From NCBI RefSeq assembly GCF_009914755.1, contig NC_060927.1: 64,000 bases of DNA; one strand, written 5' to 3'. Shown here in pieces: positions 26,115 to 44,099 of the stretch. The position numbers and the translations under genes are program-made. The notes below the pieces were generated by a model. It was not told the DNA's origin, did not search any database, and saw only the letters and a program-made list of their open reading frames with translations. The stretch comes from the human T2T-CHM13v2.0 reference genome, Homo sapiens. Each line of letters opens with the position of its first letter. Position 1 is the first letter of the stretch.

Positions 26115-27401
26115 TTTTCCCCAATTGTTCAAAATCTTTTGGAGAAAGCATTGTAGAAGAATATTAGTCTCTGGTTATGGGTTTGTTGTGATCCCTTGTT
26201 GCTAGATAGCTTATTCCTATGAGGTTAGGTTCCACGTTACTAGGAAGGCTCATTTCTAGGAGGTTGTCAAGTTTTCTGTCCCAAGGAGCGAAAAAGGGGA
26301 AGGAAGAAGGAATGAAAGGGAAAAAAGAGAAAAAGGGGGCTACCAAGACCAGATTACAGAAACAAAGGGAAAGCAATCTTGGAAAACAGATTCAGGCTAT
26401 ATTACAAGAAGTCTGTACATCAGTAGTCAGGCATGAAATTGCTGTTATTTCTTCCAAAGTTCAAGTTGTCTAGCTTCAGTTTGCAGGGTTTTAAGAAAAG
26501 CATGGTTTTAATTTCTAGTGATTCCAAGTTAGAAAAATGGGAGAAAAATAATTTTAAAACATTAGTTTGGAGACTTGTAGTCAGGACAGAATTCAAGATG
26601 TAGTCCAGATAAATTATAGATAAATAATAAAAACTGAAAAACAATAGACAAGGCTAGAATCTAACAACAGTTGTACTACAGTTTATTTTGAAATGTAATT
26701 TTTTATATTTTCCTATTTTTACCGAAGATAAATCATAGTCAAAACATTTATTTGCAAAATAAGTTGTAATATAAGACTGTTATTATAGTGGTTGTATGGC
26801 CTGATTATTTGCATAAAGTACAGCAAGAATAATTATTGGTTGATAGGCTCATTTTGAATTGGCTTTACTGGAGCTTTCTTATAAAGAATGACAGATTTTA
26901 CTTTTAAGAGGCCTCTAGAGCCTAGAAGAGGATTTATCTGTGCCTGCATATACCTCCATGAATTGGGTGAAGTCTATTCTTCTCAAAGTCCCAAAATAAC
27001 TTGAGGTTCCTGGGCCTGTCAGAACATGACATTCTTTTCTTACCACAAGTCAAGAGATGTAAAAAAAATTGCATAGACAAGGTATGAGACTAGTCCTTCC
27101 AAGAGTCTTTTATCACCTTATAAAGTCAATTTGAATTCCTCGAAGTCATCTGTTTATATCTGAAAATATGCCAGTTCAGTCAAAGCCTTGGAAACATAAC
27201 CAATGTCTCCAATTGTGTCCTGTTACAAAAGAAAACATGTTTTTATTGAAATCATGCAAATAACTATATTGCCATAAATTAAGAATACTCTCAAATGGTT
27301 TCCACATTCTGGAGAAATCAGGTAGAGTGAAAGAAATATGATTCAAATTTTGATCACAAGAGTATAATTTACTCAGTTGTTAAAAAGCTATAAATAGCTC
27401 A

Positions 27402-27541
<140 letters not shown>

Positions 27542-28664
27542 AAAAGCTATAAATAGCTCAAAATAAAAAAATCTTGATTCTGACCAAAAAACTCAGAATC
27601 TCCAATGTGTCAAACACAAAAAGTCATAAAAATCATTTTAGTCCCCTATTCATTCAGTCCAATGCAATTACTCATTCTGTTTGATACTGGGGTTAGTAAT
27701 CCTCCTGAACACATTAGTTCTTCAATGAAAGTCCTGAAATTATTTTTTCTCTAGTTTCATGTCACAATCAGAAGGATTATCAGAAACCTGCATTTAAGAG
27801 CTTGTCAGAGTTCTTCCTGTGAACTCCTTAAAGAAGGAAGTTTTGGGCTATTGCTGGTTATAAACCACTTTTTGAGAGGAATCAAAGTAAAATGTTAATT
27901 GTCTGTGGATGACAAAAGCCCAAACAGCCATGGTCAAAGATACAAATGACAAGAAAATTTGGTTATTTCCGTAACATGCAGCAATTTAATGTAATAACCA
28001 TATGTATTGTAGATAACATATACAAAGACATATAAAAATTCTAGAAACCTCATATAATTTTGAAATACATATTACTAACACATTTATATAAATAAGACTC
28101 AAAGAAAGTTAAGCACCATTACATATTTGATAATGCTTCCTGTATGATTTTAACATCTTGAATTAACTGAATATGTCTCTTTTGGACTTCAGAGGACCTA
28201 GCACCAAAAAAAGTTAATGAGATTAAAAAAACTGAGTTTGGGACTTGAAATTTTGATTTTGAAAAATTTTTCGAGTATTAAAGGTTTAAAACACTTGATA
28301 TCACAAAATACTATCCCAGTTAATCCCAAATAACTTGTTAACTTAGATAAAATGAGAATTTAAAGATTTTGAAAGCACAAAGCACAAAAACCTTTACTCT
28401 TTGATAGAGACTCAGTTTCGCAAACAACAAGACAGCATGAGCTCAATCGAATCTGTCTCTCCTCTTTCTTCTCTCTGTCTTTTTGCAGTTTACTCAAAAG
28501 GTAAAAAAAAAAGAACTTTTGCTATCTCTTACTATTAAATGAAAATCTTGTTCAAAGGAGAAAGCCATATTTTACCTTTGCAAAGTGTAAATGTTATTAT
28601 TGCAAAAGATAATTTTAAATAAAATCTTATAAACAAATCCATCCAAACTTACCTCATGAGGTAA

Positions 28665-29034
<370 letters not shown>

Positions 29035-32000
29035 TTATCTATTATTTTTAAACACTCCATTTAATATAGTTTTTACAAACCTCTAAAATAGACAAAATTA
29101 CTTTTTTCTTTTTTAAAAAAGTACATTTCCATGTCTTTTTATAACTCTTTTAATAAAAACACGTTCTCTTTTTCTTATATACTTTGTGTATAGAATTGTT
29201 TCTCTTATATCTAATAGTTTTAATTACAGCCATTAATTACAATGTTAACTCTTAGTAACACTTATTTTTATTTTTGATGAAAAACCTAGTAAGTAACCAA
29301 TTTTAGTTATGTACTAGATGCAGAGTCCAAGACAATGAACAATGTCTGAGGCTGGGCCTTGAAATGACCCTACAGGCTTAAATCTAAAGACACGTTCATA
29401 GGCAAGTTAAGCAAGTATCAAAAGTATTAGACAAGCAAAGTTTTATATCTAGCAGAGACAGTATCTGACCTTCCTTATTCAGACCAAATGTCTAAATTAA
29501 ATTTTGAAGACACATGTTTTATTATACCAATAATTTAAAAACTGTCTTTATTTACTAAAGATTATTAAAGTCACGTAAACCAAAATGCATATGAGTTAAA
29601 GTTTTTATTTTCCTGATAAAATATTTGATTTAAGCACTTACTTTCTCTAAGCCAGTTATAGAACTCTTTTATCTATTTTGGTAGTGAAACATCATGTACA
29701 TATAGCATAAATACACAGACATACAGATACACAGATTTTAAAAAGTTGACTATTTGAGTCACATAGCCAGCTGTGAAAGAAAAATAAAAATAAAAATTGC
29801 TGGTATGTGTTTTTCCCCCTTTGAAGAATATTACAATATTGATAATTTTTCTCCCTTCAAGTATTTGGAAGTATTCACCAGTGAAGATACAAGAGCCTTG
29901 GTATTTCATCTGGATGATTTTTAATAATGGATTCAATATCATTAATAGATATCTCACTTCTCTGTTTTTTAATTTTTTCTTCTGTCTATTTTGATAAGTT
30001 ACATTTTATGCCAATTTTCAAAGTAATTTTCATGTAATTGGTAAAAATATTGTTTTTCTTAATGTCTGTAGGATTTGTGGTAGGGTTTCCCTATTTATCA
30101 CAATATTGGTAAATTGTATTTTCTTTCTTTTTTCTTTTGGTTAAGCTCACCTAGGGTGTATAAATTTTACTAGTAAATACCCACTGGAATGTTGTTATTT
30201 TATCTTTTATTTTATTGAGTTTTGCTCTTGTCTTTTTTATGTTCTTTCTTCTACTTTCTGTAGTTTGGATTTCCTGCTGATTTACTAGTATCTTGACATG
30301 GAAGCTCTGATCATCAATTTTCTGCCTTTTTCTTCTAATGTGTGGATCCAAGGCAACACATTTTCCTTTGTTCACTTCTTCAGCTATATATCACAAGTTT
30401 TGATATGTCATATCTTCATTGTAATTCTGTTCAAAATATTTTCTAATTGGTTTATCACTCTTTTTAAAGCATGAACCTCTAGAGCTTTCAATTGTGAGAC
30501 TAATGCATATTTGTCTCCTTAGCCCTAACAGACTACGAGAATTTTTTCTGAGCTGTTGAGAGATTGAACTTAGCTCTTTGGTTTTTTTTCTCTGCACGAA
30601 ATCAGAATTCGGTAAATGTTTTGAGGGGGAAGGTGACTCTATGTGTGAGTTTCTTCAAGTCTTCAGTTTTGTTACTGTAGCCCAAGAAATCACCAAATGC
30701 TCTTTTGATTTCTTTGTTGCTCAGCAGCAGAGTTCTACTTAAGGTCAAAGCTGGATTCTTACATGTATCAACAAGTATCCTCAGAAAAAAGGTGTTGGCA
30801 GCTTTTCACTGCATGAATTCAACACTATTTTTTAGAGCTTTTAATCTCTAGTGCTCCTTCCTAGAGATTTTTATCTTCTAAGAATCTTAGGTCTGGAAGA
30901 GTTCCACTCTGACTTCCTGAGGTTTTGATTTACCTTTTAACTTCCCACCATGTGCAGATTTGCAGTTCAGCAAGATGTTAAGGGAGAAATTGGCATGTGT
31001 CTGAAGCTCTACAAAGTCTTCCATTTGTCACTCCACTCACTCTAGGGCTGCAAAATTCCAGGAAACTCCAAAGGTTTATCTGTTTCCCGATTCTCAACTT
31101 CCAACCCACAGAGTACTGACAAAAGTAACCCCAGGTTGTTACCGCTGACTCTCAGCTCACCTCTGTAAGACTCCCTCCTCTCTGTATTTTACTCCCTCTA
31201 ATTCTTCTTGGCTTTTCAGTTGCCCAATGCCTTGAAGTAAATTCTTGTGTAATTAATTCAGTTTATACAGTTATTCTGAATAGAAATATTAACCTCCTGC
31301 AAACTACTCCATCTTATCTAGAAAGAAAGCTTTGAAAATATAATTCTAATTTTTATTTAATTATTTTTGCATATTTTGAGACCTCAAAAACACACACATG
31401 GAGGCATACACATACATATATACATGTCACTTAATAGATTTTCCAAAGCCCTTCTTTCTTATCGCAGGAAAATTAAAAATTTCACTTTAACTTCCTATTA
31501 GAGAATAACCTAATCAGATGCCCTTTTCTGCTACCATGTGGTGTCAGGGAAAATTATTGGTAATTTTTTCTCAACCAGCAAAGAAATTGTGGCCTTCTGC
31601 CAATCTTAACAAACTGTAGCAGAGGACTGAGGAAATCAATACCTTTGAAGATCTTAGGAGAATTATTTGCTCTTATCATTAAATTATTGTGCCCACAATC
31701 ACCACACCCTTAGTTTAGATCAGTTAGTAGCATTCTTACTATGAGTGAAATTCATGAAGGACTTTCATACTGGAGAGCTGAGAAATGAGAGAAAAAGAAA
31801 AAGAGCCAGGAAAGAAAGAAAGAAGAAGGATGAGGACTCTAAGAGAACAGGGGATTCCCAGTCTTCAAATTAACACCAAGTTACAGGAATAATTATAGTG
31901 TCATAGTGTCTCCTCATTATGTTGCCATACATTTAAAGTGTTGGGGGTTTATGTAAGGTTGAATGAGAGTTACGACATCAACTGTTCTTCTCAAATTGGA

Positions 32001-32890
32001 GGGCCTGTCAGTGGGTACAGGAAATGGTACTGTGAAGTTTTGTAAAATGTGGGGAGAAATATCTGAGAGGGATATGTTTCCTATACTTTGGTTCCATATA
32101 AAAATTTGGGGAAGACCAGTCTTAGGGATCATATAAATCTAGCATGACATACTTTTTGTTTCTCCCTTTTTTTTTTTTTTTTTTTTTTGCCTCAGCTGTA
32201 TCTGAATTAAGAACTGAACTCTAGCTGAATCTGGACTTTGAAGATTTTCTTAGCCTTAATTATTCAGCTATAAGAAAACCTACTCCTCGACTATCTGTTT
32301 TCCCCTCACAAGTATTAATTAACTCACCAGAGGAATATTTTGCTCAGAATCCAAATGGCACAATAACTGTCACTGAAATATGCACCATCTCTATGGAGAC
32401 TGTGAGGTCTCTGGTGCTCCAATGCCTGATTTTGTACTTGAATCATCTTCTAATGAATAATGAGAAGATTGTCCCTCTTTTAGTAATACAAGAATGTAAG
32501 TGGAAGTGATACATCAATAACGAAAAATATTTATTTTTCTTCAAAATCCATTACCAGAAGTGTTTGTATAAGTCACGTATTTTTTTAAATGTAAATCAAT
32601 GTATTATATATGCATGGTTAAATGAATCAAATAATGAAGACATCTCTACCCTAGTCCTGCTTCCTGAGGCAACTGTTCTTATATGGCAAATGTTAAATTG
32701 ATCTACGGTCTCCACTGGATTTTTGCCACAATTACTGAAGATTGAGCTCTTTTTACACCTCCCTCAACTTTTTCTCCACCATTTTCCTCCCAATATAGTT
32801 TTTTTTTTTTTCCCTGCTTACCTCTACAACTTTGAACAGCCTTGCCAAATCTGTTTTTTGTTTGTTTGTTTGTTTCATCCACCATACAAT

Positions 32891-33514
32891 TTAGGGAGAA
32901 GGAAAGCAAAAAGTTAGGTAGACGGCTAAGGCTAGTCCTTGGAGAAACAGCTGAAAAATCACAGCTACAGGCACAAGTAGAGCAGCCTGGGGAAAACTCA
33001 GGCTGCAGCTGCACAGATAAGGAGGCAAGGTCCAGCATGGAAGCCTTTTGTTCTTTTTGTGATTGGTGGGATCTCAGGAAAAAGTTACCTCCCCTTTTCA
33101 GACATGTACACGGTGGGCTCCACGGGCGCTTTCACAGGGAGGGGAGGGGGACTTACCTAAAACAAATCCGCAGTTACACAAACAAGAGAAGCTGTGCTTT
33201 GAGCTTACCTGGAGACATATCTGTAGCTGCATAGATAAGGGAAATTACACAGACAGCTGTACAGATAAGAGAATTTGCTCAAGCAGCTACAGAGTTAAGA
33301 GGAGTTTCTTATAAAAGCTTCTGAATTCAACTGTAAAACAGCACCCCACTGGGGCTCCCCTCTCTGCTGCAGAGAGCTTTCTTCTTTCACTTATTAAATT
33401 TTTGCTTCAACCTCACCCTTTGTGTATCCATGCTCCTTAATTCTCTTGGTCGCAAGACAACAAGCTTGGATAACACCTCAAACAACAAGACCATTGACCA
33501 TTGACCCAGTTTCA
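32891..33514 (+). mobile_element. ERV1 solo LTR (LTR9/MER61-like)
   Basis: TATAAAAG near 33310, ATTAAA, and U5-like ccttaattctcttggtcgcaagac; ends CA; repeated acagataag motifs. Confidence 0.65.
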
Positions 33515-33964
33515 GAATGTCTCTCTTAGCTGCCCATTCCTGTTTGCTCTCCTTCCTTCCAAGCTCTGTCACCTGTATTTATCTTCTGTTTCGTAACAAT
33601 AATTTAATTATAACAATAGTTAAACAGGGTATAATTTCCTCACAGGATATTTCTAACAGTAGAAGCCAATAAGCAGTATTTAAATAATTGTTTTTATATT
33701 ATAGCAAATAATCTTTTGAAATTAAAGTATTTATTCTCCATATAGTCACTGTAAATACTGATATTTTGGGGTTTTAATCTACCACGTTACTATTCATTTT
33801 CTATTATCTCTCACCTGTTTAATGTTCTTTTCTCTCTTTCCTTGATTTTGAGTTATTTTTAAAAATTTTATTTCCCCATTTTTTAATTTATTAACTAATT
33901 TTTAAGTAAGATTTCTTTACTCTTCCTTTAGTGGTTGACTTGGGCATTATGAGCTATATGCTTG

Positions 33965-34972
33965 TTAAAATTATTTATTTATTTATTTATTTTAATTAAC
34001 AAATATAATTGTACCTTTTTATGGGGTATACACAGTGAAGTTTTTTGATACATAAAAGGTATAGCGATCTGATCAGGATAATTAGCATATCCATCTTCTC
34101 AAACATTTATCATTTCTTCGTGATGGAAATATTCAATATCCCCTCTTTTAGCTATTTGAAACTATGTAATATATTGATGTTAAACATAGTCATCTTACAG
34201 TGCTATAGAACACTAGAACTTATTCCTCCTACCTAGCTAAAATGTCATAACCTTTAAGGAATCTCTCTCTATTCTCCCTTCCTACAACCCTTCCTGTCCT
34301 CTAGAATCCTCCTTTCTTTACTTCTGTGAGATAAACTTTTAAAGCTTTTGCGTATGAGTGAGAACATGTGGTATTTAACTTTCTGTTCCTGGCTATTTCC
34401 CTTAGCATAATGTCCTCTAGGCTCATCCATGTTGCCATAAATGACAAGATTTCATTCTTTATTATGTCTGGATAGTATTTCCATTGTGCATATATACCAC
34501 ATTTTCTTCATTCATCTGTTGTTGGACACTGTGGTTGATTCCTTATCTTGGCTATTGTAAATAGTGCTGCAATTAATATGAAAGTCACCAGCCACAGTGT
34601 CTCACACCTGTAATCCTAGCACTTCGGGAGGCTGAAGTGGACTGATCGCTTGAGACCAGGAGTTCAAGACCAGCCCGGGCAACAGAGCAAGACCCTGCCT
34701 CAATAACAAATAAAAAAGTTAGCCAGACATGGTGGTGAGCGCCTACAGTCCCAGATACTCAGGAAACTGAGGTGGGAGGATTGTTTGAGCCTGGGAGGTT
34801 GAGGCTGCAGTCAGCCATGATCATGCCACTGCACTCCAGCCTGGACAACAAAGCGAGACCCTATCTGAAAACAAAACAAAACAAAACAAAACAAAACAAA
34901 ACAAAACAGCCAATATGAGAGTGCAGAAGATATCCATTCAATATACAGATTTCCTTTCCTTTGGATAAATAT
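33965..34972 (-). mobile_element. L1MA-type 3' end interrupted by AluJ (34590-34909, +)
   Basis: (TTTA)n tail; atgagtgagaacatg; catccatgttgccataaatgacaagatttcattc. Confidence 0.8.
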
Positions 34973-35770
34973 GAGCATAAATCACAAGGATCCATTGACA
35001 AGCCAAACAACTTTCACCATTCTCTAGGGTTAAAGAATAATGCATTCTCCCCTTCCTACTTCAACAGAAGATCTAAGACAAGCTTTGGAGCAAATACTCT
35101 TAATTCCTTTATCCTGTAGCCTAGAGTTTTGGTGACTATCTTGCCATGAACTATACAACTTTAATATATTAATGAATTACTGGGAACCACAAAGAAGGCA
35201 TCCCAAATACCTGTACGAAAAAAAAAGGTTTTCTGGCTTGTCAGAGAGCTTTAAATCAATAGTAGTCTCATCTCTGCTCTTTCTACATACCATATACTTT
35301 TAATTTGAGCCTTATAGTCCAAGACATTTTAGGTTCTATACCATGATCTTCTGCATTTTCAAATTAATGGGCTACATCTCAGGCTTCAGTAAGTTAAGGA
35401 AAACATGCACCTGTTCCACTGAAATGTTTCCTCTTTTGCCATGGCTGTATCCTTTTTAAAACAAATTCTTACAAATTTTGTAAGAAGACAAAATGAGTTA
35501 CACAGTATCCTACTCCTCTCCCTTTTCCTAATTACTCTGGTGATTTCCTCTGAAAAATGTAGGCATGATGAGTCTAGGATCTTTGTGTCTGTCCCACTTT
35601 AGATGCCAAGCTTCATAAACAAAGCTGTAACAAATTTCAGTATTAACTATGGACTAACAGACTGATGAATATCAGTATATCACTTGGGCAAATGAAACAA
35701 GATTTATTTATCTGCAGGACATGTAAGGAAGTTCACAATCAGAATATACAGGAAAATGATCAGAAATATT

Positions 35771-36040
<270 letters not shown>

Positions 36041-39000
36041 GCTCATGAGATTGGAATATGCCAGTTGAATAGCTTATGTATCTTCCATCAATCTACTAGC
36101 TAGATATCAGTTAATTTTACTTCTTACTGAAATACAAATGTCAGTAAAGAAGTTATCAACTAAGAAAATGATTCTTCCTTGCTTAGTTTTGTAACAAATA
36201 TTAGCAATATAAATCCCAAATTCTGTTGAAATTCTTATATAAGGCTTTCTTTCTATGCATTGTTGTTGTTGACTTTAAGGATGTGTTCATATTTTACCAC
36301 CAAACTCTTCACATTCATCCCCCTCCACCTATTTAGAATGACTATGTAGTATGTTCTTGAGAAAGACTATTGGTAAAATCTAGAAACTGAGACAAAACGA
36401 TGTCTGAGCACTCAAAAATAAATGGCACACCGGATCACATGCACTCTCTAAATAACATTTCAGAGAAGAACTACTAAAAAAGATTTCTCTTTTCCTTCAA
36501 TGGTAATGAAAATTCAAAGCAGCAAATTTAAAAAGAGTGAGAGGTTACTGTAAGCAGGAAAATTACAGCAGTCTGGCAATTAGGAAGAGGACACAAAAAA
36601 AGCCTACTGTGAGAAGACCTAAATATGCAAAATGCAAAATATTTCATGTTAACGTTAGCAAAAACTTACTTAAGGGCCAACATAAAGTGTATATGTTCAT
36701 TTTTATATCATATCTAAGAAGAATCATTGACAATTATAGTGATGGCTTTTTGTTAATTTTAAATTGCGATAAAAAATGTACATTTTATTCAGAGGGCTAA
36801 ACGAACACATGTCAGTAACACAATTTAGTTACACTTTGGTCAAAGTAGCTATTTTTTAAAGTGTTGATGCCTGAAAAATTGTTTTTCTTGAGTGTAGGCA
36901 CTCAAGTGAAAATTAAACTTGTTTCTCACTTTTTCCACTTAATCATGGTATATCTTTGAGTGATTTTCTTAACATCACTGAGACTGCGTTTTCTCATCTG
37001 TACCTAATAACTGCACTTACCCAGATAATGTGAATAAATGGTCCCTATAAAATGCTTATCGCATTACTCAGTACATTCATCTTGAATATTTATTATTATT
37101 ATTATACATTTATTTTCTGAGTTTATTCCAGACTCTGGAAATTCCATTTTAGTAATATAGTCAGCAAGTGACATTATATTTTATTATTAAGCTTATTTAT
37201 ATATATAATTATAAATTTATATATAATTCTTAATAAAATTATTTATTAATTTATTATTTATTACATTATATTATATTTTGCTTAACCATTTTTCTGTGAT
37301 AAATATTTAGGTGATTACCTATTTTTTCTTATTCTTGAGAATGTTAAGATTATATTAGATGTTATATATCTTTGAAGAACATGTAGGAGTTTGAATATTT
37401 GTTAGTTTTTTTAATAAAGCAAAATATGGCAAATCTCATTATAGTATTAATTTTAATGTCAAAGAGGCAAGGCATCTCAAAAGAGCATTACAGATTAAAG
37501 GTATCAAGAGGGCAATACAGTGTATAGAAAAGAAGTATAGTCACAAAGAACGTTTCTGATTTGTGTTTTTCAGGTACATCTAGTTCTTCTATTTGTCTAC
37601 CTATAGGTGCACTCATAACATTTTAATTTATTTCATGTGTTGTCATCGTTATCCTCTGTATTACTCTGAGAAAGAAGATGTTACCTGTTTGTGAAAAAGA
37701 GGGTGAGTGAAACAGGGTTAGTTTCAATCATTAAAAAAAGAAATTCCAAGGGCTGTGGCAAAATCCGTCATGAAAAGAGTTGTTATGAAAAAACTCTTCC
37801 ACATGCTTGGTAATTCCCGCAGTGAAGGGTATATCTTTTTTAAAGTGATAGTTTACTCTGGAATATTACAAAGGTAGGCTGTTAGTTATCATTAATACTT
37901 ATGGTAAATTGAGTTTAAGAGTCTTTACTGAGGACAGGTTTTTGCACGAGAGAATATGGACCACAGACAACTGGTGGGAGGAAGCTCATTGAGAGGTAAA
38001 AAAAGGTAGAGACTGGAAGGAGATTTTTCAAAGAGACTATTGCAGTAGTTAAGATGAGAGTTGATGGTGGCCTGGACTAGAGTAGCAGCAAAGGGGACTG
38101 AGGGATTAAGGACAAGTTTAGGATAGCAAGATTTGCTGAAGGAACAGCTGTGGTAAAAGAGCAAAATATAAGAATTGTCCCGATGATTGTTTGCTTTTTG
38201 GTGTTAGATGAAGAAAACTTTTACAAATACGGGAAAGATCAGAGAAAGAATAAACTATGGAAAGAGAATCCAGAGTTCAATTTTGAACATGTTAATTTTG
38301 AAACGCCTATTTTACATCCAAAGGAATAGGTTAATTATCTCTATATATGAATCTGAAATATATGGAACATATAAGGACCAGTGGTTTAAATTTTAGAGTA
38401 TAATGAATAGACTCTCCAAGGGGACAAATCATAGGTTATGACTCTCACTATTATAGAGTGGAAATAATATGCAAGTTCTGTAATTGGAGTATTTTTATGC
38501 CCAACTAAGCATTTGAAAATATACTTTGGTCAATCTCAAGAGAATTTGAGTCTGAATCTCCCAATTTTTTACTCGTAGCATACTCTTACAATGTACTGCC
38601 ATGAGGGGGAGTGTTTGGGCTGTATTCCTCTTATGGATACATTAATGTCGCTGTATCTCTAGGTCACAGAGTATGTGTGAACCAATACTTCATTTGAGAC
38701 AGCCTCACATGGAGAATGCAATGAGCCATTCTCTTCTCACATACAGGTAAATTGGAAGGTTTGTGAATTTGTTACTGTTATTTTGTACACTTCAAATTTA
38801 AGATTTAACCTTCCAAATTAAATCATGCATTTGGTAGCAACAATTATTTTAGAAATAAATGAAAACAATGATTTGGTTAAATATATAATCAAATTTCATG
38901 AATTATTGGTTTCTAATGAGGTTATATTAATATTAATGTCTTTGAATATTTCTATTTATTCCCTGATTCAGATCCCCTCCCATCATCACCAATTGAATGA

Positions 39001-39139
39001 CTGCTTTGATTTGCATTTTTTCAGATTATTAATAAGTATGAGCATGTATTCATATATTTGTTAGCCATTCAAGTTTCCCCTTCTGTAAAGTTCTTGTCTA
39101 CATCTTCAAGTAATGTCTGGTTGGCTGTTTATATTTGCA

Positions 39140-39754
<615 letters not shown>

Positions 39755-41463
39755 AGAAATTTTTTATATCTTAGATCCTTTACATACTAGATATAGATTA
39801 CTTCTCCCTGTTTGGCATCACTCTATTACATTTTTCAGTTATACTGTTAGGGGAACAGAAGTATTTAATGGAAAACCAAAAGTCCACTTTTTGTGGATAA
39901 AAAGTAGATGGATTTAACAATGTTAAGTCAAACTATAAGTTGTTAATAAGTTTGAGTTTGGGGCATTGATGTCTTTATAGTGGAATTTCCTTCAGCCATA
40001 AATATATTATCCATTTATTCAAGTCTTTCTAAATGTCTTTTAGGAAGGCTTTACAATTTTCTCAATGTAGGTGTAATTTTTGCTAGGTTAATTCTTTGGT
40101 ACTTTTAATTTATTCACTATAATTAATGATATTTAAAAAAATTTCTAGCTGGTTATTATTAGTGGTTTAGGAACATTTTTGGATTTTTTAAGTTAACCAA
40201 TATTTGGAAACTGTGCTAAACTCTGTATTTAAGTTTTTCTGTTGATTTTGATTGTTTTTCATGAAGTTGATTCTCTCTCTTACAACTAATGACAGTTTTG
40301 CTTCTTTCTTTCCAATCGACACCTCTTTTTATATTTAATACCTGCAATAACAGTTATCTTTTTCTTGTTTCCGATTTAAAAGACCATGTCTAAAATTTCC
40401 TTACAGTTGAATATGACATTTACTGCAGTTTGATCACTAAGCATAAGGTTAGGAAATATTTTCTTATTCTTATCTCCTTTGCTTTTATGATAAATATGTT
40501 GTTGAACTTAAGAAAAAATTTATTGGTACTTGTTGAGATAATCATGAATTTTTCATAGCAATTTACTAATATAATAAATTATACTGACAGTTTTCTAATG
40601 TTAAGCCATTTTGGAAATTGTTCTGCTTTATATTTATAAGTAAAAGAGGACTATAATTTTATTTTCTTGGATTATCCTTTCCTGGCTTTAAAATTAAAAT
40701 AACACTAGCCTCAAAGAAAGATCTTAGTAATTTTATAATTCTCCCTTTTGAACATGAATAAGATAGATCTATTCCTCAACAATCCTCTAGGTCTGTTATT
40801 TATTTATTTATTTTGCAAAACAAGTCTTTGATTTTGATTTACTTGCTTACTAATTTATTGGCCTATTTAATTTTTAAATTTTTATGGCCAATTTGCCACT
40901 TTCAGAAATTTATTCATTTTGTGTAAGTTTTCATATTACTGTTCACAATATTGTTTTGTTATTTTTGCTATTTGTTGCATCAGTATTAATTCTCCCTTTT
41001 CATTCTATATTGTTACTCTGTATTACAGTAATAATTTTCTGAGTATTACAGAAATAATTTTCTGAGTATTACATGCCACCCGTTTGATCAATTAATCTCT
41101 AAAAAAATTATATTTATTCTATTTGTGTTCGTTTTTATTGATTTCTGCCTTTAGTTTTATTATTTTTTTTCTTCTCATTTTGTTGAGTTCCTTGTTTGCT
41201 TCTTTTGCTCAATATTGACATCTGATATAGTTAAGGTGATATATTAATTCTGAATGCTCCTTTAAATCTGTCCAATAATTTTAAATGTCATTTTTTTCTT
41301 TTTCCTGCAGACCTTTCTTTAAAAAAAATTATGTAAGCAAATTTCTTCTTTTTCAAAGGGTTTTTAATACAATGTTTATGCTTCATTATGGCTGGGAGTT
41401 TTTCCCCTTTTGTTCACTCTTCTGTGTCCCAAGTCTCTTTTAACCTAAAAATGTTGTTTTTAA

Positions 41464-41781
<318 letters not shown>

Positions 41782-42525
41782 TTAGAAAATAAGATTATGA
41801 GAGGTGAGGAGAATTATGCTAAGGTATACGTGTTGGGAAATTTAAGAAATTGACTTAAAAAAATAAATATATGTATTGTCCTTAGTAAGTTAGGAGAAAA
41901 CAGCAGAATAATAAAATATAACTCTTAATGTAGCAAGATAATATTTAGCTTAATGAAAGATAAGACAGAAGAAAATATACTAAAATAAAATATAAAAAAA
42001 TTAAAAGTCCTATTATATCAGTAATTACAACATACAAATAGGTTAAGGCCGGGTGCAGTGGCTCACAACTGTAATCCCAGTAGTTTGGGAGGCCAAGGTG
42101 GGAGAATTTTTTTTCCAAGTGTGCAGTTAATATTTCTCTAATAGAGGAAGGTTAAAAATAAAGTGATAGGAAAATATATGGGAAAAATAAATGTAATAGA
42201 ATGATGTACATATGCTTGTGAAAAGACAGGTATAAGAATGTTTATAGCACCACTATGAAAAATGCTTCCAATTTGAAAAACAAAGAAATGTTAATTAATA
42301 GAAGAATAGATAAATAAATTGTAATAGACAGTATTTACAGAATAGGATACTATACATCAGTTAGAATGAATAAGCCACACTACAGGCAATAACATGGATG
42401 GATTTTTAAAATCTACTGTTGAGTAAAAAACCCAGAAACAAGTGAAGACATATGCTACGATGCCATTCATATAAAATTCAAAATCAGGTGAGCCTAGTCT
42501 ATGGTGTTAGAAGTAGGAGAATAGG

Positions 42526-43136
<611 letters not shown>

Positions 43137-43265
43137 CCCAAAGCTTTGTCCCAGCTCCTTATGAGAGGGTGGTAGTAGTAAAACACAAAAGCCTTCAGGA
43201 GGTGAACACTTGATGATTTCTTTGTCCTTTTTTTTTTTTTTTTTAAGAGCCAAGAACTCTGGAAC

Positions 43266-43373
43266 AAGAAGAAGAAGACGAAGGAGGAGGAGGAGGGGGA
43301 GGGGGAGGAGGAGAAGGAGAAGGAGGAGAAGGAGAAGGAGAAGGAGACGGAGAAGGAGGAAGAGGAGGAGGAG
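43266..43373 (+). repeat. Polypurine compound microsatellite (GAA/GGA/GGAGAA)n
   Basis: About 108 bp nearly all purine. Confidence 0.95.
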
Positions 43374-43837
<464 letters not shown>

Positions 43838-44099
43838 TTAAAAAAAAAAAAAGTCCATTGGTTAAATTCAGCTTGAATCCTTTGCCACTACATCAAGAGC
43901 TAACAGTTCAACAACTGATCTCCACAACCTCCCACCTCATTTCCTTTCTCAGTCCAGGTAGCAGGAAAATGGAAAAAAAAAAATGATTTTTTTTTTCCAA
44001 ACACTTTGTCAGTTTCCCCAGCGGTCACCTTTGAAAAGGGAAAAATGTCTGAAAATAGACAAAGCTGAATATAAACATCATTTAATTCCCCCCACACAG

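Noticed and set aside
32703-33314. Cluster of 80-130 aa ORFs
   Set aside because: Lies mostly within a solo LTR; no coding signature.
37700-37870. Possible NF-kB/ISRE distal enhancer of CD200 (GGTAATTCCC, AGTTTCAATC)
   Set aside because: Both motifs are imperfect and could occur by chance; I cannot tie them to the reported enhancer from sequence alone.
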